Positions 10,557 to 19,833 of a stretch of 64,000 bases of DNA are shown here, piece by piece (the first letter of the stretch is position 1; each line of letters opens with the position of its first letter). The DNA lies in assembly GCA_965140345.1 (NCBI GenBank), contig OZ223197.1, positions 1,070,726 through 1,134,725 on the forward strand. Direction: 5' to 3'. The notes beneath the pieces were generated by a model. The model saw nothing but the letters and a program-made list of their open reading frames with translations, searched no databases and was not told the origin of the DNA. This DNA comes from Candidatus Kapaibacterium sp. GTDB lineage: Bacteria > Bacteroidota > Ignavibacteria > Kapaibacteriales > UBA2268. Position numbers and translations under genes: made by a program.

Positions 10557-11690
10557 TTACATATTTGAATTAAATTTTTCCAGCATTTCTTTCTTCCATT
10601 GCACAAAATCACCTGCTGCTATATGCTCTCTGGCATTTTTTACAAGCCATAAATAAAATGCAATATTGTGCATTGAAGCAAGCTGCAAAGCCAATATTTC
10701 ATTAGCAACAAATAAATGTCTTAAGTAGCCTAAAGAGAAATTATTGCTTGCATAAGAATCTATATTTTCATCTATCACATCATCGGATAGCTTATATTTT
10801 GCATTTTTGATATTTATCTTTCCACGTGTAGTGAAAAGCTGGGCATTTCTGGCATTTCTTGTGGGCATTACGCAATCAAACATATCAATACCACGTTCAA
10901 TCCCTTCTAATATATTTTCAGGAGTACCGACGCCCATTAGGTATCTTGGCTTATCCTGAGGTAAGATATCAGTGCAGACGTCAGTAAGTTCATACATTAT
11001 TTCAGCAGGCTCGCCAACTGAAAGTCCACCGATTGCATAGCCATCAAAATCCAAATCTATCATTTGAGTTGTATATTGCTTTCTCAGATCAGCATACATG
11101 CCACCCTGACCTATACCGAACAGGAATTGACGGTGTCCGTATTTAGGTTCTGTTCTGTCAAATTCTTTTTTGCATCTTTCAGCCCAGCGAAGAGACATCT
11201 GCATAGATTTTATTACATAAGACTCTTCTGCGGGATACGGAGCGCATTCATCTAAAACCATAACGATATCAGAACCTAGTGACTTCTGAATACCTACTAC
11301 GCTTTCAGGTGAAAAAAAGTGTTTAGAACCATCTATATGAGAACGAAATTCAGCACCTTTTTCTGTGATTTTTCTTAATTCTTTCAAAGAAAATATCTGA
11401 TAACCACCGCTATCTGTCAATATTGGTCTGTTCCATCCCATAAATTTGTGCAAGCCACCGAAATGTTCCATTATTTCAGTGCCGGGGCGTAAATATAAGT
11501 GGTAAGTATTACCCAATATAATTTTAGCGTCTAACTCGTAAAGTTCTCTTTGTTGCAATGCCTTCACAGATCCCTGAGTTCCTACCGGCATAAATATCGG
11601 AGTAGGAATTTCGCCATGATCTGTATATAATCTGCCTAATCTAGCCTTACTTTCGGTATCAGTTTTTTCTAATTTAAAAAAGTTGCTCAT
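10557..11690 (-). CDS. tgt: queuine tRNA-ribosyltransferase
   Basis: Motifs FMPVGTQGSVK, LGGLSVGE and CVMPTRNARN. Confidence 0.92.
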   Translation of the reverse strand: MSNFFKLEKTDTESKARLGRLYTDHGEIPTPIFMPVGTQGSVKALQQRELYELDAKIILGNTYHLYLRPGTEIMEHFGGLHKFMGWNRPILTDSGGYQIFSLKELRKITEKGAEFRSHIDGSKHFFSPESVVGIQKSLGSDIVMVLDECAPYPAEESYVIKSMQMSLRWAERCKKEFDRTEPKYGHRQFLFGIGQGGMYADLRKQYTTQMIDLDFDGYAIGGLSVGEPAEIMYELTDVCTDILPQDKPRYLMGVGTPENILEGIERGIDMFDCVMPTRNARNAQLFTTRGKINIKNAKYKLSDDVIDENIDSYASNNFSLGYLRHLFVANEILALQLASMHNIAFYLWLVKNAREHIAAGDFVQWKKEMLEKFNSNM

Positions 11691-12076
11691 GTAAATTTTC
11701 TTTCTACTATCTGTTTGATTCGACTATATAATAACAATGATGTCAAAGCCCCAAACAAGTCAGCTAAGACATCGAAAATATCAGCATCTCTTCCCGGCAC
11801 AAAGCTTTGATGTATTTCATCGCTAACTGCATAAAGAGAGCTTAACAAAATTACGATAAATATTTGATTTTTCTGAGTTTTTTTACTTGCCGCTCCTATC
11901 ACAGCAATCTGCATCAATATTCCATAGATAAAATATGCAGAGAAATGCAGTAGTTTATCCCAGCTAAAAATTCCCAAATCCGGCATTGGCAACCTAGACT
12001 GATTTGATAAGTAATAAATAACACCGGAATAGAGAAGTATCGGCAAAATAAATACTGATTTATATTTAGTATACAT
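11687..12076 (-). CDS. VanZ-like small membrane protein
   Basis: 129 aa with four predicted TM helices. Overlaps the tgt start by 4 nt. Confidence 0.4.
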   Translation of the reverse strand: MYTKYKSVFILPILLYSGVIYYLSNQSRLPMPDLGIFSWDKLLHFSAYFIYGILMQIAVIGAASKKTQKNQIFIVILLSSLYAVSDEIHQSFVPGRDADIFDVLADLFGALTSLLLYSRIKQIVERKFT

Positions 12077-12114
12077 AATTATTATTATTTGATTGTTTTA
12101 TTATAAGTTTTTAT

Positions 12115-12122
12115 TATCTTTG
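12115..12122 (+). promoter_or_regulatory. TAtcTTTG (-7-like) motif 27 nt upstream of the first paralog
   Basis: Matches the TAnnTTTG consensus recurring upstream of start codons in this window. Confidence 0.25.
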
Positions 12123-12148
12123 CTTTTTTATCATGAATTGAGTAATTA

Positions 12149-12826
12149 ATGAGAACAAATTTAAAACATTACTTATTAACAATCCTAATATTTTTTTGTC
12201 TATTAACGCCCGCAGCTCTTTTAAGTCAGGAAACTACATATCGTTCTCTATCAAAAAAGGAAGTCGATAGTTTTAAAAAAGAACAATTTTTTAGATTTGG
12301 ATTTGCTTATTCACCTTTCCAAGTATTTTCATTTGAGTATGATAAAAACAAAGAGAATTTTCTAAGTTTATTCAACATGACTTATAATATGGATTATTTT
12401 ATCAATAAAAATATGTTTTTGTCTACACACTTTGGATATCTATTTGGCACAAACATTTTAAATAATTCAAATAATTATGATTTTCAAGAGAGAAGATCGC
12501 ATTTATATTTTGCTGATCTGAGTTATGGCATCAAAAATGATTTTTTATTTGCATCTTTAGGCTTAGGCTACAGCTACTGTTATTATTACAACGAGATTGA
12601 TGACTATAATACTCTTAGGAACAATAAACATTACTACGATTTTGCTAAAAACATCAACTCATCAATCAATTTAGTTTCTAGAGTAGGGGTAGACTTTAGA
12701 TTTGTTAATATCCATCTGAGATATGATTTAGGTCTAAGTAATTTGCGTGACCAAGAGATTGACATAAGCAACAGATCTGTTTTCGGGCTCATTTTCGCTA
12801 TTAATTTCGGTCAGTTTTTGGATTAA
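12149..12826 (+). CDS. secreted small beta-barrel-like outer membrane protein, paralog A1
   Basis: Signal peptide. Shared motifs FRFGFAYSPF, GLGLGYSY and LRYDLGLSNLRDQE. Confidence 0.6.
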   Translation: MRTNLKHYLLTILIFFCLLTPAALLSQETTYRSLSKKEVDSFKKEQFFRFGFAYSPFQVFSFEYDKNKENFLSLFNMTYNMDYFINKNMFLSTHFGYLFGTNILNNSNNYDFQERRSHLYFADLSYGIKNDFLFASLGLGYSYCYYYNEIDDYNTLRNNKHYYDFAKNINSSINLVSRVGVDFRFVNIHLRYDLGLSNLRDQEIDISNRSVFGLIFAINFGQFLD

Positions 12827-12881
12827 AGCCTTTCTTTTAGCTACTAAGAATTTTTAATATTGATAAATTTCCGGGAAGAAT

Positions 12882-13622
12882 ATGCTACTCAAAAAAATAT
12901 TATTGCTATCTCTTCTATTATTTTTTTCGTTGATTACTCTTAATGCTCAGGAAAATAACAATCAAAGTTATAGAAGTGATAATTTGCAAGAAGCAAAAAC
13001 TGATGATCTGATATACAGGAGTGCCACGTCTTCTGACATAATTGATACAAATAATATAATCAACCATTTGGGTTTTACCATCTTTTATACTCCGCTAAAT
13101 ACAATGTTTTTTGGCAATGAGTACAGAGAAGACAATCATCAGGTAAGTATTTTAAATTTTGGTTTGGGTTTAGACTACTATCTATCTAAAGCTGATGAAT
13201 ATATAAGCTTCAATTTTGGATACCAGCATTACTTCATTGGAGATGGATTAGACTTGAATATAACTATCAATACAGAGTATATGAACCATTATTTTACAAA
13301 TTTGACTTATACACAAGTTTTCAATAAATTTTACATCGGCTTAGGCCTAGGCTACAGCTATACATATTACAAAAGAGAATTTGAAGTAAAAGAATACAAG
13401 TACGAATATGATCCGAACAAAGAACCTGAATACTATTATTATTATTATTATGATCAGCCAAGTGCTTCATTAGATTTAATAGTAAATTTTGGGATGGAAG
13501 TTGCCAAATATCTGCAAATAGGTTTTAATTCTCATGTAGCCATGCTGTTTTTGCGCGATCAGGAAACAGATTTTTCACACAAAGCAAGCATGGGACTTAC
13601 ATTCAGACTAAAGATACATTAA
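12882..13622 (+). CDS. secreted small beta-barrel-like outer membrane protein, paralog B1
   Basis: Signal peptide. Motifs GLGLGYSY and LFLRDQETDFSHKASMG. Contains a run of seven Tyr encoded by (TAT)6. Confidence 0.6.
   Translation: MLLKKILLLSLLLFFSLITLNAQENNNQSYRSDNLQEAKTDDLIYRSATSSDIIDTNNIINHLGFTIFYTPLNTMFFGNEYREDNHQVSILNFGLGLDYYLSKADEYISFNFGYQHYFIGDGLDLNITINTEYMNHYFTNLTYTQVFNKFYIGLGLGYSYTYYKREFEVKEYKYEYDPNKEPEYYYYYYYDQPSASLDLIVNFGMEVAKYLQIGFNSHVAMLFLRDQETDFSHKASMGLTFRLKIH
13434..13451 (+). repeat. (TAT)6 trinucleotide microsatellite inside paralog B1, encoding a poly-Tyr stretch
   Basis: tattattattattattat seen directly in the sequence. Confidence 0.9.
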
Positions 13623-13690
13623 TCAATTTCACTTATACTTTACGAAAAACAAAAATATTTTTTGACCCTTTTTATAGTTAAGAATTCAAT

Positions 13691-14416
13691 ATGAAATTAC
13701 ATAATATCAAAATCTTTATCTTTGTAATATGCATTCTAAGCATTGGAATGAATTATGTATCCTATAGTCAATACGAATCACTTAATCAGACTAAAGATAC
13801 TTTAATAAACAATGACATACCCAGCTTGCGTTTTGGTGTGTTCTACTCTCCATTGAGATTTTATAGTTTTGGAAATGATGAAATCAGCAAGACTTGCTGG
13901 GCTCCCGGAAATATGTCTTACAATGTAGATTACGTTTTTAATAATTACTCTTTTTTGAGCTTAAACTTTGGTTTTCTAATAGAGGCCACCTTATCAGATT
14001 ATTATGAAGCTAATTACCATTACTCAGATTCACATCTCTATTATGTTGATCTAAGTTATTTCATTCAAAAAGAATTTTTCCATTTAGGTTTAGGATTAGG
14101 ATACTCTTATTTTGATTACTACGAAGAATATGAATATCCGGACGATCCGCCATATAGTGATTATGAATATTTTTATTTAAATCATAAAAATTCTTCTCTG
14201 GACTTCAGTTTAAGATTTGGTGCCGAGCTTTTTGGCACTATAAATTTAGACCTAAGATATAGCATTGGACTACTAAACTTAAAAGATCAAGAAGTAAATT
14301 TTAGTAGAAGATCTATATTTGGTCTTGTCCTGGGTATTAAACTTCCAAGTTTTGATAGCTTTAATAAATACAAGCAAATCAAATACTTAGACGGTAAAAT
14401 TAGAAAATCAATATAA
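13691..14416 (+). CDS. secreted small beta-barrel-like outer membrane protein, paralog A2
   Basis: Motifs LRFGVFYSPL, GLGLGYSY and LRYSIGLLNLKDQE. Closest to A1. Confidence 0.6.
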   Translation: MKLHNIKIFIFVICILSIGMNYVSYSQYESLNQTKDTLINNDIPSLRFGVFYSPLRFYSFGNDEISKTCWAPGNMSYNVDYVFNNYSFLSLNFGFLIEATLSDYYEANYHYSDSHLYYVDLSYFIQKEFFHLGLGLGYSYFDYYEEYEYPDDPPYSDYEYFYLNHKNSSLDFSLRFGAELFGTINLDLRYSIGLLNLKDQEVNFSRRSIFGLVLGIKLPSFDSFNKYKQIKYLDGKIRKSI

Positions 14417-14434
14417 CTATTATTTGGAAAGCAA

Positions 14435-15121
14435 ATGCATAAGGTCTATAAATACTTATTAACAATCATAATATTACTTTCTCTATTTGGCAATACTTTT
14501 GCACAAAATATAGAAATTGAAGAAGCAAAAAGCGATACCACTGCCACTATTTCAGAAAATACTCTAAGATTTGGTTTATCTTATTCTTTATTCAACTTCC
14601 TCTTCTTTGGCAATGATCACAAAAAAGATAATATGAATGTTTCTTTTAGAAATATTTCTCCAAATTTGGATTATTATATAAATCAAAATACTTTTTTGAG
14701 TCTTAAACTAGGTTATGACTTTTATAGGTATGGAGGAGATGATTATTTATATTATCATGAGCATATAGATAACTTTTATGTAAACCTCTTATTTTCTAAA
14801 TATCTAACAGATGTTTATTACGGAATTGGATTAGGATTTAGTTACACTTACCATATTTGCGAATATGAGTATGAAATGTACCAATATATACCAATCATAG
14901 GTGAAACTCTTTATATTGGAAATAAATATTATTTATTTGAACAGAGGAATTCGTCTCTTGATCTTGCTTTTCAAATAGGTACAGAATTTTTGGATTATAT
15001 AAATTTTGGATTGGATTTTAAAATTGCTTTGCTAAATCTAAGAGATCAGACCAATGATTTTACACATAAAGCAACAATGGGAATAACCATTGGCCTGAAA
15101 TATCCTAAATATAAAAAATGA
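14435..15121 (+). CDS. secreted small beta-barrel-like outer membrane protein, paralog B2
   Basis: Motifs LRFGLSYSLF, GIGLGFSY and LLNLRDQTNDFTHKATMG. Closest to B1. Confidence 0.6.
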   Translation: MHKVYKYLLTIIILLSLFGNTFAQNIEIEEAKSDTTATISENTLRFGLSYSLFNFLFFGNDHKKDNMNVSFRNISPNLDYYINQNTFLSLKLGYDFYRYGGDDYLYYHEHIDNFYVNLLFSKYLTDVYYGIGLGFSYTYHICEYEYEMYQYIPIIGETLYIGNKYYLFEQRNSSLDLAFQIGTEFLDYINFGLDFKIALLNLRDQTNDFTHKATMGITIGLKYPKYKK

Positions 15122-15162
15122 AAACAGTAACTCAAACTAAATAAGTTAACTGTTGGATATAC

Positions 15163-16692
15163 TTATTCTTGGCTCGCGAGCTGAGAAATCAATGTTTTAA
15201 AAGAAGCAATAATATCACTGGCTGACATTGTCATTTCTGACATTCTATCTTTTGCCAGATCGCCTGCAACTGCATGCATTAAAGAACCGAGATATGCGGC
15301 TTCTGTTGTAGGTAGATTTTGTGACACCATAATACCACCAATAATACCTGACAATACGTCACCACTTCCGGCTGTGGACAATCCGGGATTGCCACATCTG
15401 TTAATATAAGTCAGCTTACCATTTGTGATACAAGTAGGATAATATTTCAGAAGAACTACCGCGCCAGTTTCGTTAGCCAAATATTTTGCTTTTCCTATAT
15501 AGTCTGATTCTATTTCAAATCTATCTGCGCCTGTTATTGCAGAGAATTCTCCTGTATGAGGAGTTAGGATTGTGTTTTCACCCAAGTCATCTATATCTAT
15601 AATAGCTTTTAATGCATCTGCATCTATAAGAAGGCGTTTTGTGTCTTTGTATTGCTTAATAATCTGTTTTACATTATTCAGCGTAACTGGATCATTTCCT
15701 AAACCGGGACCTATTACAATACCATCTGCTTTTTGAAATAGATCTTCTAAAGTATAAAGTTTAAAATTTAAGCTGGAAAGATCTCTTTGGTATACAATAA
15801 CTTCAGGTAAAATAGAAGGATGAGGATTTGGTGTTATAAGGTGAACAAATCCGGCACCTGAGCTAATTGCCGCATTAGAACTTAAAGCTGCAGCACCAGG
15901 CATATCTTTAGAACCAGCTATAATAATCAGTCTTCCGTAATCGAATTTTGAACTAACTTTTTTGCGGCTATTAAAGTTTAAAATCTCAAGATCATATTTT
16001 TCAAGTAAAAACGTATCCACTTCATTTGTAGCTTCTATTTCAGGGAAACCAAGTGAAACAGGCACAACCTCACCGCAATGATCTATTCCTTCCTGAATAT
16101 GCAAACCAATTTTTGGAGCAAACATTGTTATTGTAAGGTCAGCATGGAAACATAGATCATGAGCTTTGCCTGTGTTGGAATTTAATCCTGTCGGAGCATC
16201 TATAGCAATCTTAAGTGCTTCTGAGTTAGAAACCCAATCTAAAACATCAAGAACATTACCTCTTAAATTATCTGATCCGCCAATGCCAATCATTGCATCA
16301 ATAATACAATCATAGTCAATTTCAGTATATGAGCTTAGGAACTCAGTAAAAGTTAAAACAGGAATATCCATTTTTTTACAAATTTCAAAATTTTGTTTGG
16401 TCTCCGGAGACATTTTGTCTTCGTTACCAATATGCAATACATAAACATCAGCTAATTCTGATAAGTGTCTAGCGATAGCAAACCCGTCTCCCCCGTTATT
16501 TCCGGAGCCACATAGTATCAAAATATTGGAAATATAATGTGGATAATCTTCGTCCCTCAATAAGATTGACTTTATTATATTCGCTGAGTTACTTGCAGCG
16601 TTTTCCATAAGTAGAGCAGACGGAATCCCTAATTTTTCCATTGCATACTGATCTATACTGGTCATTTGCTCTTTCGTAAGTAAATATTGCAT
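15163..16692 (-). CDS. nnr: bifunctional NAD(P)H-hydrate repair enzyme Nnr (epimerase and ADP-dependent dehydratase)
   Basis: N-terminal YjeF_N motif LCGSGNNGGDGF; C-terminal carbohydrate-kinase-like domain with GSGDVLSGIIGG. Confidence 0.9.
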   Translation of the reverse strand: MQYLLTKEQMTSIDQYAMEKLGIPSALLMENAASNSANIIKSILLRDEDYPHYISNILILCGSGNNGGDGFAIARHLSELADVYVLHIGNEDKMSPETKQNFEICKKMDIPVLTFTEFLSSYTEIDYDCIIDAMIGIGGSDNLRGNVLDVLDWVSNSEALKIAIDAPTGLNSNTGKAHDLCFHADLTITMFAPKIGLHIQEGIDHCGEVVPVSLGFPEIEATNEVDTFLLEKYDLEILNFNSRKKVSSKFDYGRLIIIAGSKDMPGAAALSSNAAISSGAGFVHLITPNPHPSILPEVIVYQRDLSSLNFKLYTLEDLFQKADGIVIGPGLGNDPVTLNNVKQIIKQYKDTKRLLIDADALKAIIDIDDLGENTILTPHTGEFSAITGADRFEIESDYIGKAKYLANETGAVVLLKYYPTCITNGKLTYINRCGNPGLSTAGSGDVLSGIIGGIMVSQNLPTTEAAYLGSLMHAVAGDLAKDRMSEMTMSASDIIASFKTLISQLASQE

Positions 16693-16721
16693 ATTTCCAC
16701 CTAAAATTAACTATATTTGTA

Positions 16722-16729
16722 AATTCTAA
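16722..16729 (+). promoter_or_regulatory. TAtaTTTG (-7-like) motif 23 nt upstream of the PP2C phosphatase gene
   Basis: Matches the TAnnTTTG consensus. Confidence 0.25.
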
Positions 16730-16751
16730 TATATAAAAAGCTACTCAATTA

Positions 16752-18875
16752 ATGCTTGAATATTTTAAAAATAGGGTATCAAATCTAAAAAGCAACTACT
16801 CTTCCTATAGAATAGTAACATTCTTTGCTTTATTGCTTTTTTCTTTTACAAAAATGGCTTTAGATACCACATTCTTCTCTATCAATGAGAATTTCTTTTT
16901 AACATTTGATTCCTGGCATTACAGCTCTGAGATTGTACTTTTTATTACTTTTGTTGCCTATTATTTCACTCTTCCGAAAATAAACAGAAATATTGAACAC
17001 GAACAAATAAATGCTGTATTTTTCAAACGACTGAAAAGTATGTTGTTTCATTTTGGAGTTTATTGGATATTTTCTGTTCTTCTGGGGATTATATCTGATA
17101 TTACACGAGATCCTGATTTATCAATCATCCTACTCTACGATATAAAACTAATATACTCTCTTTTTGTATTGGGAATCCTATGCAAATTTGTTTTAGATTG
17201 GGTTTTATATTTTAGAACATCTTCAACTAAAAAACACCTGGTTTTTATTACTATCAATTTGGTATTAACTTCAATAGGTCTTTTTCTGTCTGAGATAATA
17301 AAATCAGAAAATCTCGATTATATCAATCTAATAAGCTCTTTATTATTAACTGTTTTGCTGATTTCAATATTTGTATTGCCTAAAAAAAATGCGTGGGTAG
17401 CTGCCTTATCTTATAAAAATAAACTTTTACTGATATTTATAATCCTTGCTATTTCATTTTTTATAATACCTGAATTTATGCTGGGAATTATAGGAATGGA
17501 TTTTGGAAGAACAATTTTGTACTTCAAAGCTCCAATATCTAACAGTATGTTAGATATTATCGCAGTATCAGTGCTTGCTTTCTTTTTACGAATAATTGTG
17601 TCTACTCTTGCTGCTTGGCCTACAACAAAAATTGTTGCTAAAAAAAATATAGAATTAGAATCACTTTCAACTTTAAATCGGTTTGTAGTTGAAACTTTAA
17701 ATAAGTCCCCTGATAAAATTATAGGGACAGCTTCCCAAATTGCGCGACAAATGACTAATGCTCATTCGGCTTGGACTGAGATTTATACAGAGAGCTCTAA
17801 AGATATTTCTTATTCTTTCAACATATCTCAAAAGAATCTTGGATATATTAAATTCTATACTCACTTTTCAGAATTTTTTAAATCTTGTAATGATACCACA
17901 TTAGTTGATTCGATTCCTGAGCATGACTATTTATATCCAATAGCAGATACAATTACTTATGCAAAATCGATGATTATTCTGCCTTTATATACGGCACAGG
18001 ATAGACTTGGTACATGTATTCTTTTAAAAGATTCACTTTATGGATTTGATGCAGAAGATATAACTATCTTGAATACTCTCTCTCAGAATCTTTCAATTGC
18101 ATTGCATAATGCAAGTCTAGTCCAGGACTCAATTGAAAAAGAAAAGTATAAAAATGAGATGCTTCTTGCGCAGACTATTCAAAGAAATCTACTACCTAAA
18201 GAAGATCTCTCTACACAAGACTATTCAATAGCAGCTTTTACAGAGCCTGCACAGGAAGTCGGGGGTGATTATTACGATTTAGTATATTTAAAAGATAAAA
18301 CGCCGTGTTTGTTGATTGCTGATGTATCCGGCAAAGGTATGTCTGCAGCTATTATTATGTCTCAGATGAAAGGAGCGGTACAGGCATTAAGTCCACTAAG
18401 CAGTTCAGTCTCTGAGTTACTAAAAAAACTAAATAGTACTCTGTTTGGAACAATTGGCAGAAAGAATTTTATCACTATGGCAGGTTTAGCTTTAAAACCA
18501 GATGGCACTATCTTTTTTGTGAGAGCAGGTCATGCTCCAGTTTTTGTAACGCGTGAAAACAAGACAGTCAAATATATGCCCAAAGGTCTGGGAATAGGCT
18601 TGGTAGGCGCATCTATGTTTGACAAAAATTTAGAAGAAGTAGAGTTGAAACTTAATAAAAACGACAACGTATTACTGATAACTGATGGAATTAACGAAAT
18701 AAGTAACGAAAAAAATCAACAGTTTGGCTACGAACATTTGATTAATATTTTAGAAGAAAAAGAATTGACTTTGGCGAACGATATTAATCGCAAAATTAAA
18801 AAGAAAATTGATTCTTTTTCCACTGATGACGCTTATATTGACGATATGACTGTTATCAGTCTTATATACTGCTAA
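16752..18875 (+). CDS. polytopic membrane sensor with a C-terminal PP2C (SpoIIE/RsbU-family) serine phosphatase
   Basis: About 280 aa of multi-TM N-terminus, a GAF-like middle region, and a C-terminal domain with DVSGKGMSAAIIMSQMKGAV that is typical of SpoIIE-type PP2C. Confidence 0.8.
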   Translation: MLEYFKNRVSNLKSNYSSYRIVTFFALLLFSFTKMALDTTFFSINENFFLTFDSWHYSSEIVLFITFVAYYFTLPKINRNIEHEQINAVFFKRLKSMLFHFGVYWIFSVLLGIISDITRDPDLSIILLYDIKLIYSLFVLGILCKFVLDWVLYFRTSSTKKHLVFITINLVLTSIGLFLSEIIKSENLDYINLISSLLLTVLLISIFVLPKKNAWVAALSYKNKLLLIFIILAISFFIIPEFMLGIIGMDFGRTILYFKAPISNSMLDIIAVSVLAFFLRIIVSTLAAWPTTKIVAKKNIELESLSTLNRFVVETLNKSPDKIIGTASQIARQMTNAHSAWTEIYTESSKDISYSFNISQKNLGYIKFYTHFSEFFKSCNDTTLVDSIPEHDYLYPIADTITYAKSMIILPLYTAQDRLGTCILLKDSLYGFDAEDITILNTLSQNLSIALHNASLVQDSIEKEKYKNEMLLAQTIQRNLLPKEDLSTQDYSIAAFTEPAQEVGGDYYDLVYLKDKTPCLLIADVSGKGMSAAIIMSQMKGAVQALSPLSSSVSELLKKLNSTLFGTIGRKNFITMAGLALKPDGTIFFVRAGHAPVFVTRENKTVKYMPKGLGIGLVGASMFDKNLEEVELKLNKNDNVLLITDGINEISNEKNQQFGYEHLINILEEKELTLANDINRKIKKKIDSFSTDDAYIDDMTVISLIYC

Positions 18876-18960
18876 AAATCGGTATGCTTCTTGATAGAAT
18901 ATAAATTAGATTATGATATTCAATGCTGAAGATCACAATAGTTAACAAAGGAAAAAAAAT

Positions 18961-19341
18961 ATGCCTGCTAATAACAAATTTGGTATTACTAAAAAACAAA
19001 ACGATGGCATAGACTGCTTTTATCTAGAAGGTTATTTAGATGCTCACACTGCGCCACAGCTTGAATCTGCTTTCCAGGAAAGTATAGACAAAGAAAACTA
19101 TAAGATTCTTGTAAATTTCAAAGATCTGGATTACATCAGTAGTGCAGGGTTGGGTGTTTTTATGGCTTTTATTGAAGATATAAGGAATAAAGGCGGAGAC
19201 ATCAAGCTTTCTTCTATGCAGGAAAAAGTTTTTTCCGTGTTCGATTTATTAGGTTTCCCAATGCTTTTTGATATTGAAACGAGTGAAACAGATGCTATTG
19301 ACAAATTCTTATCTCCAAACACACATGACATCAATAAATAA
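18961..19341 (+). CDS. STAS-domain anti-sigma factor antagonist
   Basis: 126 aa with LDYISSAGLGVFMAF, the SpoIIAA/RsbV signature. Confidence 0.8.
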   Translation: MPANNKFGITKKQNDGIDCFYLEGYLDAHTAPQLESAFQESIDKENYKILVNFKDLDYISSAGLGVFMAFIEDIRNKGGDIKLSSMQEKVFSVFDLLGFPMLFDIETSETDAIDKFLSPNTHDINK

Positions 19342-19768
19342 ACATATAGATAATATCTGCGTTAAAGCTGATTTTTCTGAACTTGAAAAGATCAGGGATT
19401 TTGTCTTTATGCATGCTAAAGAATACTATTTTTCTGAAATAGATGCTCAGAAAATCACTTTGGCTGTTGATGAAGCGTGTACAAATCTGATGCGTTATTC
19501 TTATAACTGCAAATGTAACTTCTCTATTTCTATAGAGATTATGATTTCCAACAATGAATTCGTTGTTCAAATTATTGATGAAGGAGAACCTTTTGATCCG
19601 CTTTCAGTCGAATCTCCCGACATGAAGAAATATTTTGCTGAATTTAGAAAGGGCGGTTTAGGTATTCATATTATGCGTAGCGTTATGGATAACATTAATT
19701 ACCAGCCTTCTGAAAAATCCGAAAGAAAAAACGTATTAAAACTAACAAAATTCCTTCCTAACTCTTAA
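19325..19768 (+). CDS. anti-sigma regulatory factor (RsbW/SpoIIAB-type Ser/Thr kinase, HATPase_c)
   Basis: N-box AVDEACTNLMRYSY and G-box GGLGIHIM. The ATG at 19325 was chosen because it gives only a 17-nt overlap with the STAS gene. Confidence 0.72.
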   Translation: MTSINKHIDNICVKADFSELEKIRDFVFMHAKEYYFSEIDAQKITLAVDEACTNLMRYSYNCKCNFSISIEIMISNNEFVVQIIDEGEPFDPLSVESPDMKKYFAEFRKGGLGIHIMRSVMDNINYQPSEKSERKNVLKLTKFLPNS

Positions 19769-19833
19769 TATTTGCAAAATAATTATTATATTATTCCTTC
19801 ATATATCACAATGTAAATTTTGAAGGAAAAACT

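Noticed and set aside
19268-19324. Upstream start of the RsbW-like kinase ORF at 19268
   Set aside because: It would overlap the STAS gene by 74 nt. The ATG at 19325 gives the expected N-terminus of an HATPase_c kinase and a typical 17-nt coupled overlap.
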